Of a stretch of 64,000 bases of DNA, positions 40,468 through 48,088 are shown one piece after another; positions within the stretch are counted from its first letter, which is position 1, and each line of letters starts with the position of its first letter. Source of the stretch: a virus (Duplodnaviria; Heunggongvirae; Uroviricota; Caudoviricetes). The notes under the pieces were generated by a model. The model searched no databases and was not told where the DNA came from. It saw nothing but the letters and a program-made list of their open reading frames with translations. The stretch is taken from the IMG/VR virus record IMGVR_UViG_3300029305_003072; one strand, 5' to 3'. Position numbers and translations under genes: made by a program.

Positions 40468-40995
40468 TTAAGCTTCCTCTAAGATATGGAGAATGTCGTC
40501 AACAATAGCATCATAACCAACTATATCGCCAGTGGAAATTGTATAAGGGAGTTGCTCCTTATTGAGCAATTCCAAAATTTCATCAGCAATCTTATCAGAT
40601 TCTTCTTCAGTCTGGAATCGTCCTACTGGATTATATTCTTTGGTGCGAACTAGGAAATAGTTTTTACAATTGTAGCTGTTCATTACTTTGCGGACGACAT
40701 TATTAAAATCTTCGCCCAAAACGGGGTCATGGTTATAAACTAAAGATAGAAGTAAGGGAGAGTCAGTAATAACAACATCAACTTTATCAGCACAACGGCT
40801 GATGCGGAAATATTGCTTACCAAAGATGTAAGCCTGATTATTGAAAACAGCTTTACTCTCTTCCCATACCTTATCCTTAGCGAACTCAGTTACCAGCTCT
40901 GCGTTAATACCACGCATTTTGAGCTGGCTGAAGATATATGCGGCACCAGTAGACTTACCAGTACCAGGAGAACCAAAAAGATTAACTAAAATCAT
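40468..40995 (-). CDS. P-loop kinase/ATPase (possibly a ribosylnicotinamide-kinase-like enzyme)
   Basis: LFGSPGTGKSTGA Walker A. Its position inside the NAD island is the only basis for the suggested substrate. Confidence 0.4.
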   Translation of the reverse strand: MILVNLFGSPGTGKSTGAAYIFSQLKMRGINAELVTEFAKDKVWEESKAVFNNQAYIFGKQYFRISRCADKVDVVITDSPLLLSLVYNHDPVLGEDFNNVVRKVMNSYNCKNYFLVRTKEYNPVGRFQTEEESDKIADEILELLNKEQLPYTISTGDIVGYDAIVDDILHILEEA

Positions 40996-41511
40996 TTATT
41001 TTCCTCCATATGATAATTTGAAATCAGTTTTTTCTGTTTTTTTATAAGTAGATGCATTTTTAGCATAGGTACTTTCTGCTTCGCGCAATTCTTGGCGCAC
41101 ATCCATTAAAATTTTACCAAGAATATTTTTACCTTCGATTTCTGCACACTTGGGGCAAACACAATTACCCCAAGTATTATCATGCCAAGTATTGCCTTCT
41201 ACTAATTCTTCATCACCAGTGTCTAAAAGTTTTTGTTTTAAATCGGGGTCAGAAAATTTGTATTTCAAACCATCATGCATTACACTAATCTTAATACGCT
41301 CCCAGTCAGGGCGCAAAGAGCAGTGTCGCCCCATTCGCTTTGCCTGTCCAGGTGTTTTTGCTTTTGCAATAGCTTTAAATTCACTTTCACTCTTGGTTTT
41401 CCAAGCTTGGAACCAGTGTTCCACAGTAGGAAAAGTTACACCATCTACAGTAAAAGGAGAGGGGAAAAAGTTGCTTAGGAAAGCGTACTTTCCATCAAAC
41501 ATCGCAATCAT
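40996..41511 (-). CDS. NADAR (YbiA/DUF1768) domain protein
   Basis: FLSNFFPSPF...HWFQAWK is the NADAR signature. Confidence 0.7.
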   Translation of the reverse strand: MIAMFDGKYAFLSNFFPSPFTVDGVTFPTVEHWFQAWKTKSESEFKAIAKAKTPGQAKRMGRHCSLRPDWERIKISVMHDGLKYKFSDPDLKQKLLDTGDEELVEGNTWHDNTWGNCVCPKCAEIEGKNILGKILMDVRQELREAESTYAKNASTYKKTEKTDFKLSYGGK

Positions 41512-41523
41512 AGCGATACCTCC

Positions 41524-42330
41524 TTAGAAACTAAATGGACTTTCTTCTTTGTTGCTGTTTTCGTGCCAAGCACGAGTCTTGATACGAATATAGGGCATGC
41601 AAATATCTCTTTTATGGAGATTTCTGGTGTGGCGCTCTTCAATCTTGCGAAGAGTCTCATAGTCGGGAAGTACTTCATCCAAAAGATAAGCATCCAGTAC
41701 ATCATAAGGAATACCAGTGTTATCTTCATCGGTCTTACCACTCATACCATCACCAGGTGCCTTATGAACCAGGTGTGCGGGCAACTCATCCAGATTGTCG
41801 CCAATCTCAATGACCTCACGGACGCAGTAATCCTTTAAGATAGCGAAGTCGCCAGCCAGGTCACCATACTTGGTAGTGTAGCCGATATACAGTTCGGATT
41901 TATTGCCAGTATTGATTACTCGACCGCCCATATCTGCGGCAACTGCGTAAAGAGTTGCCATACGGATACGAGCAGGCGTATTTGTATTAACTGCGGGATT
42001 TTTATAGGCGTCACCCACCATTCCCGCAAACATCTTGGTGATAGGGCCAATATTGTAGGCTCTATAGGGAATATGAAGAATGTTGCATACTTCCACAGAG
42101 TCCTTAATATCCTTCTGGTCACCATCGGGCATCAGCACACCAAAAACTCTTTCGGGACCCAGTGCTCGGACAAGCAGGGCGGCCGCAATCGTGGAATCCT
42201 TACCACCGGAAATACCAATAACTGCCTTGGTATTCTCATTACCATTCTTGACAAAATATTTCTTAATTTCATCAACAATGTGCTGGATTTCCTCTTCAAC
42301 ATCAATTACTTTGAAATCAAAATCACCCAT
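41524..42330 (-). CDS. nadE: NH3-dependent NAD+ synthetase NadE
   Basis: PP-loop GISGGKDSTIAAAL and the correct length. Confidence 0.85.
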   Translation of the reverse strand: MGDFDFKVIDVEEEIQHIVDEIKKYFVKNGNENTKAVIGISGGKDSTIAAALLVRALGPERVFGVLMPDGDQKDIKDSVEVCNILHIPYRAYNIGPITKMFAGMVGDAYKNPAVNTNTPARIRMATLYAVAADMGGRVINTGNKSELYIGYTTKYGDLAGDFAILKDYCVREVIEIGDNLDELPAHLVHKAPGDGMSGKTDEDNTGIPYDVLDAYLLDEVLPDYETLRKIEERHTRNLHKRDICMPYIRIKTRAWHENSNKEESPFSF

Positions 42331-42332
42331 AT

Positions 42333-42839
42333 TTACGCCTCCAGTTTGTAAATATATACATCATAGTCCTCAGAAAGGGCTTCCCAAATCATCGTTTTAA
42401 TTACTTCCCAATTTGCGCCACCAAGGCCGCAGCCAATATGGTCAGGAAAGCCAATTTTACTGCCGTGGGGTACCTGGTCCCTAATCTTACCAAGACAAGA
42501 CCAGAAGCCATCATAAGAAGTATATCTCTTACCATCATAGCCATAATATTGCTGTGCAAACATATTTATCACAGTCTTGTCTACATCAACAGGAACTAAC
42601 TGAATCTCGCCCAGAAGGGTATCAGTCCAGTCGGGTCCGTTTTCCATCCCGCCGCACATTTGATAGATTTCTTCTTCTCTCTTGGTGCAGAGGGCAATAT
42701 AATCTTCATATACTCGATGCCATCTTGTTTTAATGTTCTTGGCGATGCCAGAGGCCATGCGCCCCTGGCAATTCACCTGATGGCAGTAATAATCCAATTT
42801 CGCTTCGAGCATATCACCTTTAATAAAGTGAATACTCAT
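42333..42839 (-). CDS. Macro domain protein (ADP-ribose/O-acetyl-ADP-ribose processing)
   Basis: HQVNCQGRMASGIA and a later GCGLGG motif. Confidence 0.75.
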   Translation of the reverse strand: MSIHFIKGDMLEAKLDYYCHQVNCQGRMASGIAKNIKTRWHRVYEDYIALCTKREEEIYQMCGGMENGPDWTDTLLGEIQLVPVDVDKTVINMFAQQYYGYDGKRYTSYDGFWSCLGKIRDQVPHGSKIGFPDHIGCGLGGANWEVIKTMIWEALSEDYDVYIYKLEA

Positions 42840-44386
42840 TACGCAATCTCCGGATACAGACGAGCACGAATTTCGTGGAAATTTTCAATATTCTTCAGAA
42901 AACCATCTGCGAAGGAGGTGCGAAGCAGGGTTTCATCATCGGGAACCCATTCGCCATAGCCGTCAATGCATACAAACTCATCCTTGTCGGGGTGAATCTG
43001 AACCGCGCAGCAACCTTTATGGGACTTCTTCAGTCCGCCCTCGTCAGTCTTGGGGTCCTTATAGATAGGAACTTCCTTGCCGCCAAAGATACCGTGAGTA
43101 GCCTTCATTGCCATGCCCCAGGTATCACGAGTCAGAACAGTGAACTTATTGTCGGGGCTGAACAGAGCGTGGAAGCAGAAAGCACCAACACCGAAGACCA
43201 CATTGGTAGCCGCGAAGCCCAGCTGAGCCAGAGTTTCGTAAATTTCACGAACCTTATTCAGAGTGCAGCCGTCACCATAAATCAGACCAATATGGGGGTC
43301 CAGAACCTTATAGCCAGCTTCATTGATGGTGCCACCAAACTCATCCCACAGTTTCTGGATAGTGCCGATGGTAATGGAAACCATGTCGCCAGAGTCAGGA
43401 CGGATAAGCAGCTTGCCATTGTGAGCCAAAATTTCAGCCTTGCAGGCAGGAATGATATTGTCTACCATATTCCAGTAGTCATAGGTATCAGATACCATAG
43501 AGAAACTGGTATTGGGGTAAATTTCAGTCAGCATACGCTTCACAAAAGTGATTTCATCGCCGTCGATTGCGAAATTCGCAGCCATAACAGAGTGTTCAGT
43601 GGAAACGGCACCCAGACCCAGCTTATGCTCGGCGCACTGTGCGTCGTAATAGTCGTCCAGGTAGGGTAGCGCAGGAATGGTAGAGGTCTTATTGAAAGAC
43701 AGGAGCCAAGAAGCGGAGCAACGAGTTGCGTCTTCCAGGCAGCTCATACCACGGAAACCGAAGTCAGCCATTGCCATAAAGGGGTCGGCGCCGGGGGCAG
43801 TCATATCGTAATACTTCTTTGCAATCTTGTGGTATTCCCAACCAACGGTCGCATATGCACACATAGGCCACACTTCAGTCTGGAGCAGGCACTCAACCCA
43901 CTGAACCAGCCATGCGAAACGAGGGTGAGTATTTCTCATCTCAACGATGGGAACACCCATATTGACAACAGTGCCTTCGGGCAAGGCGCGGATTTCCAGG
44001 GGCAGATAACCCAGCTCATGCAGTTCAACGATGCGATTACGAGCGACATTGTTGATACCCAGGTGAGCATCAATATAATGGTCATACTCATACATCACCC
44101 AGTCCAGAGGAGTGGCGAAGAAGCTGTCGAAGCCTTCCTTCATATCAGTGAGGAAAGGATGAACGCCCCAAACGACCATCTTGGGGAAATTCTCATTCAT
44201 AGCCTTTCGAGGAGTCAGGTAAGAAGCCAGAAACTCCTGATTGTCAGGATACATCAGGGGGTGGCACTGCTTGTAAGAGTCGCTGTACAGCATAATCATT
44301 CTACGAAAATCCATATTATCAATTTCCTTTCTTTTTTCTCGCAATGCGGATTCGTTTACTTTCCATCTTGTTAGGAATATGCTCAC
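42839..44386 (-). CDS. nadV: Nicotinamide phosphoribosyltransferase (NAMPT/NadV), 515 aa
   Basis: YSDSYKQCH (DSYK motif), plus length and overall NAPRTase-superfamily layout. Confidence 0.85.
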   Translation of the reverse strand: MSIFLTRWKVNESALREKRKEIDNMDFRRMIMLYSDSYKQCHPLMYPDNQEFLASYLTPRKAMNENFPKMVVWGVHPFLTDMKEGFDSFFATPLDWVMYEYDHYIDAHLGINNVARNRIVELHELGYLPLEIRALPEGTVVNMGVPIVEMRNTHPRFAWLVQWVECLLQTEVWPMCAYATVGWEYHKIAKKYYDMTAPGADPFMAMADFGFRGMSCLEDATRCSASWLLSFNKTSTIPALPYLDDYYDAQCAEHKLGLGAVSTEHSVMAANFAIDGDEITFVKRMLTEIYPNTSFSMVSDTYDYWNMVDNIIPACKAEILAHNGKLLIRPDSGDMVSITIGTIQKLWDEFGGTINEAGYKVLDPHIGLIYGDGCTLNKVREIYETLAQLGFAATNVVFGVGAFCFHALFSPDNKFTVLTRDTWGMAMKATHGIFGGKEVPIYKDPKTDEGGLKKSHKGCCAVQIHPDKDEFVCIDGYGEWVPDDETLLRTSFADGFLKNIENFHEIRARLYPEIA

Positions 44387-44567
44387 GGGTCGCCAGTTCA
44401 GCTTTTACACGAGCCTGGTAGGCTCTCTTGGCGGAATAATCTGCATCTTCCCAGTCATAATCGCCCCAGCGATATGTATGTCGCAGATGTGCCAGAAGCT
44501 GGCGAGTTTTCAGATTTTTCATCTGCTCTTCGGAGAGGATTCCGCAGTCTCTTTCAAAGTTACTCAT
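44319..44567 (-). CDS. Hypothetical basic protein, 82 aa
   Basis: ORF with a promoter upstream. Confidence 0.3.
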   Translation of the reverse strand: MSNFERDCGILSEEQMKNLKTRQLLAHLRHTYRWGDYDWEDADYSAKRAYQARVKAELATREHIPNKMESKRIRIARKKKGN

Positions 44568-44595
44568 TTAATCACTTCCTTTACTTTCTATATAT

Positions 44596-44624
44596 ATTAT
44601 ATCATATTTTTTTATAAAAATCAA
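44596..44624 (-). promoter_or_regulatory. Promoter cassette (TTGATT-N17-TATAAT)
   Basis: Conserved cassette. A hairpin terminator lies immediately 5-prime on the minus strand. Confidence 0.65.
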
Positions 44625-44655
44625 AAAAGCCCCTTGAGTCTCAAGGGGCTTTTAC
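44623..44655 (-). terminator. Rho-independent terminator
   Basis: Stem agcccctt/aaggggct followed by a T-run. Confidence 0.65.
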
Positions 44656-45057
44656 TTATTCCACTCTATCTTCATATAAGGTGAGGCCGCATTCTCCAGA
44701 TTCGGGGAACCACTCGCAAATAGAAGTGATTTTACCATCATAATCAGTGAAAATAACATATTCCATTCCGTCACTCATTACGAGGAAATATGTCCAACAA
44801 GCGCACCTATACTCTTGGAGCATAAACACATCGGGAACGTGTGCAAGAACTGTGCCAATAAAATCTTCATTCCCAATTCTCGGACCAATCATATCCTCTA
44901 AAATGAGAATAGCGTTTTCGTTAAGGTCGGGAATGGATTCAACAATTGTTTCCGTAGACGATGGGGTTTCTTCATAAGGGGTGTCGCAAGCAATAAGTGA
45001 TACACAAAGGCAAATTGCCAAAACAAAGCAAATAAAAAGTTTAATCGCTTTCTTCAT
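44656..45057 (-). CDS. Putative lipoprotein
   Basis: Signal peptide with lipobox LIAC. Confidence 0.45.
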   Translation of the reverse strand: MKKAIKLFICFVLAICLCVSLIACDTPYEETPSSTETIVESIPDLNENAILILEDMIGPRIGNEDFIGTVLAHVPDVFMLQEYRCACWTYFLVMSDGMEYVIFTDYDGKITSICEWFPESGECGLTLYEDRVE

Positions 45058-45827
45058 TTCACTTCTCCTTCGGGAATTTCAATTAAATTGAAGACATCTT
45101 GAATATCTTCATGGAAGACCAGCTCAGCTCTGAAATCTGCTACTGTAGGGTCTCTGTTAATGACAACCAGATGACTATCATCGCAGTAGAATGGCAGGCT
45201 TGCGGCAGGTTGAACTACCAGGGAGCTACCAACCACAATCATCAGGTCGGCTTGAGCAGCTGCCACCTGGGCATTGCTCCAAGCAGGAAATGCCAGCCCT
45301 TCACCATACAGGACAATATCGGGTCGGATAGTGCCTTCGCCGCACAGAGGGCATTTAGGAATATCATTTAGATTATTGTAGTTTCCATCCAATACATCTT
45401 CTGGAATAAACAAGTCGTGACCACAATCCTGGCAATACCAACGACTCATAGTACCGTGGACAGCATATATCCTATCCATGCCAGTGTCTTCGTGTAAACC
45501 ATCAATATTTTGTGTAATCACAGACACTTTTCTTGCTTCCTGCAGCTCAGAAATTCTTTGATGGGCGATGGTTGGCTTAGCTCCACGAAAATCCATTTTT
45601 TCACGCAGATACTCGAAAAAAGCCTGTTCGTGCTTCTGAAGGCAGGTGCTGCTCAGCATATATTCCGGACTCTTGCCTCCAATATACGGACTTGCGTACA
45701 GACCATCCGCACTGCGGAAATCCGGAATACCGGAGCCAGTTGAGATACCGGCTCCGGTAAAAAACACGATATGCCGAGCGTCCGCAATTATCTTATTTAG
45801 TTTCGCAATACGCTCATTAAAATCCAT
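45054..45827 (-). CDS. Sir2-family NAD-dependent deacylase (sirtuin/CobB-like)
   Basis: FFTGAGISTGSGIPDFRS, Zn ribbon CQDCG...CPLCG, and catalytic HG. Confidence 0.8.
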   Translation of the reverse strand: MDFNERIAKLNKIIADARHIVFFTGAGISTGSGIPDFRSADGLYASPYIGGKSPEYMLSSTCLQKHEQAFFEYLREKMDFRGAKPTIAHQRISELQEARKVSVITQNIDGLHEDTGMDRIYAVHGTMSRWYCQDCGHDLFIPEDVLDGNYNNLNDIPKCPLCGEGTIRPDIVLYGEGLAFPAWSNAQVAAAQADLMIVVGSSLVVQPAASLPFYCDDSHLVVINRDPTVADFRAELVFHEDIQDVFNLIEIPEGEVK

Positions 45828-45830
45828 ATC

Positions 45831-46349
45831 TTACTCTCCCATTTGTGCCTTGACGCAAGCATCGCCTGCAGCCATAGCTTCTTTCAGTGCCTCTTGGGCA
45901 ACCTTCATATCGCAGCCCTCTTTCTTCAAGAAAGGCATCACATTCTTCATAATGACACCCTTATTACCAGAGCAGATAGAAACTGCGTTACAAACTCCCC
46001 AGTAGTTAATCATCTTGACAATTTCATCCTTGTCGTCGATAACCTTAGGAGCATACTCCAAAGCGATAGAGAGCTTCATCAGATATTCAGCCTTACGAGC
46101 CTTCAATTCTGCATCTCTCTTGGGGTCTGTTGCCCCATCGGGACAGGTATCGACCATCTCTTGGACAGTCTTCTTATACTTCAACATCACTTCATCGACA
46201 AAAGCATCTGTGATTTCTACTCTCTTTTTACCAGAGGTAGCAGCTTTGTCGATTGTGGCGACCATATCAGCCAGAGTCAAACGTCTCAGCTTATCGCCGT
46301 TTTTCAAGGCAGTTGTCATATCTGCCTTAATAGACTCATACTTATTCAT
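45831..46349 (-). CDS. YqeY/GatB-like domain protein
   Basis: Loose similarity to the GatB_Yqey family (ALKNGDKLRRLTL). Confidence 0.4.
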   Translation of the reverse strand: MNKYESIKADMTTALKNGDKLRRLTLADMVATIDKAATSGKKRVEITDAFVDEVMLKYKKTVQEMVDTCPDGATDPKRDAELKARKAEYLMKLSIALEYAPKVIDDKDEIVKMINYWGVCNAVSICSGNKGVIMKNVMPFLKKEGCDMKVAQEALKEAMAAGDACVKAQMGE

Positions 46350-46367
46350 TGGAGTCTACTCCTTTCT

Positions 46368-47195
46368 TTAATGATATACAGTAATCCATTCCTTCCAGTA
46401 AGGGTCATAACCTTCGTTGAATAACTCTTCGGGGAAAATGGACTTAGTGGTATAGACATGGTCAACAAGACCATCAGTGCTGGCCATTTCACCCAAAATA
46501 ATAGTCTTTTCGCAATGGGTGACATACAGACTTACGCTCTTGGCGCCAGCAGCCTTAAGAGCTTTAGCAGAATGGTAGAAAGTACCACCACGAGAACAGA
46601 TATCGTCAACGATAAGAACATTCTTATCCTTAACTGCTTCGGCGTTGATAATATCCAGGCCCTGAATCTGACCGGTCTTCCAATCTCGCTTTTTCATTCC
46701 AAAAGCGTAAGGAATATCAAACCCACCAGAATAACGCTTCATAGCACCTTCATCGGGGAAGAAGAGTACATCAGCCTGAGCCTCAAAAATTGCATCCAGA
46801 ACATAATTAGTAATGGGCATTTCTTCTACATTGTTCAGAAGGGCCAGGCTTACGTTGCTATGTGCGTCACGCACATGAACAACCTTGAAATTCAGAGAGT
46901 TGATAACTTCGCAGAAATACTTGAGAGTGAAAACATCTTCATCAGACTTCACTCGGTCCATGCGGGCATGGGGGATGTAAGGCATTTCCAGAACAACATC
47001 GCTGTAAGAATAGACGCGGTCCAGATGGCGCTTTACGCAAATCAAAGAGAAAAGCTCTGCATCATTTTCATAATACCACTCGACCAGAATATTACCGCGA
47101 GTGTCAAATTCATCCCCATTGGGGTCAAACTTCATCAACAGAGTGCCATCGGGGAACTGACCCTGCTTAATTTCGACATTACCTACTTTAATCAT
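46368..47195 (-). CDS. prs: Ribose-phosphate pyrophosphokinase (PRPP synthetase)-like
   Basis: N-terminal FPDGT and the PRTase motif VLIVDDICSRGGTF. Confidence 0.7.
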   Translation of the reverse strand: MIKVGNVEIKQGQFPDGTLLMKFDPNGDEFDTRGNILVEWYYENDAELFSLICVKRHLDRVYSYSDVVLEMPYIPHARMDRVKSDEDVFTLKYFCEVINSLNFKVVHVRDAHSNVSLALLNNVEEMPITNYVLDAIFEAQADVLFFPDEGAMKRYSGGFDIPYAFGMKKRDWKTGQIQGLDIINAEAVKDKNVLIVDDICSRGGTFYHSAKALKAAGAKSVSLYVTHCEKTIILGEMASTDGLVDHVYTTKSIFPEELFNEGYDPYWKEWITVYH

Positions 47196-47484
47196 ACATT
47201 TTCCTCCATGTTTCTCCCATTCCGAGTTCTAAATCGGCACTTCCATTCCAACCGAATACTCGGAAAGCTCGTAATTTGATATATGCTTTATATCTTTTGA
47301 AATTGCCCTCGCAGTATAGAAAAGCTGAAGGACAATATGGCAAATCTTCTTCTTTCAATTCTGAAAGCTGTTCACGCGACATTAAGCAGCTTTCTCGCAA
47401 AGAGTTTAGATGATGTTGACCTGGCACAGCTTCATCGCCTCCAGAGCAGTCTTGTGGCTCTCGGGGGTAACACAGGCGCAGCAA
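47188..47484 (-). CDS. Hypothetical protein (overlaps the pncA 3-prime end; doubtful)
   Basis: ORF only. Confidence 0.2.
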   Translation of the reverse strand: MLRLCYPREPQDCSGGDEAVPGQHHLNSLRESCLMSREQLSELKEEDLPYCPSAFLYCEGNFKRYKAYIKLRAFRVFGWNGSADLELGMGETWRKMYD

Positions 47485-47996
47485 TCAGCAATCACATTCA
47501 CAGGAACCTCGGGCAGCGTAGCCTTAGCCAGAATGGCATTGGACATAACACAGATTCCGGTACACAGACCCATCAGAGTAACCTCTTCAACACCCAGACG
47601 CTCATTGATATCGAACAAAATGTTCTGCAGTTCGACAGAGCCAAAAGTAGGCTTTTCAACCTTGATAGGGTTAATGTCGGTCATGGGGTAGACCTCATAA
47701 GCGTCGGCATAGGTGTCGATAACATTGATGTAAGCCTTGAACACTTCATCAACAATGGAATGACCGGCAGTGCCCTTGATGCAATGACGAACCGGCAGAT
47801 TTTTACCCTCCAGGGTATCCATGTAATTTTCGGGATGAGTATCCTTGGTGAAGATAACCACAGTATCGGGAGCTGCCATCTGCTCAATGGTCTCTGCGAC
47901 CAGCGGAACGATAGCCTGCGCCTCCTTGGTGCCCAGGGAACCATCAACGAAATCCTTCTGCATATCTACGACAATAAGAACTTTCATATAATTCAT
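47406..47996 (-). CDS. pncA: Nicotinamidase/isochorismatase-family hydrolase (PncA-like)
   Basis: VLIVVDMQKDF and the catalytic Cys region GLCTGICV. Confidence 0.75.
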   Translation of the reverse strand: MNYMKVLIVVDMQKDFVDGSLGTKEAQAIVPLVAETIEQMAAPDTVVIFTKDTHPENYMDTLEGKNLPVRHCIKGTAGHSIVDEVFKAYINVIDTYADAYEVYPMTDINPIKVEKPTFGSVELQNILFDINERLGVEEVTLMGLCTGICVMSNAILAKATLPEVPVNVIADCCACVTPESHKTALEAMKLCQVNII

Positions 47997-48020
47997 ATCC
48001 TTTCCTTTATCTTACATATA

Positions 48021-48049
48021 TATTATAACATATTTTTTTATAAAAATCA
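48021..48049 (-). promoter_or_regulatory. Promoter cassette upstream of pncA
   Basis: Conserved cassette with terminator hairpin 48054-48074. Confidence 0.65.
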
Positions 48050-48074
48050 AAAAAGGGATGGGTTGCCCCATCCC
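48048..48074 (-). terminator. Rho-independent terminator after the MVP-like gene
   Basis: Stem gggatgggg/ccccatccc followed by a T-run. Confidence 0.7.
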
Positions 48075-48088
48075 TTAGAAATTTTTAA

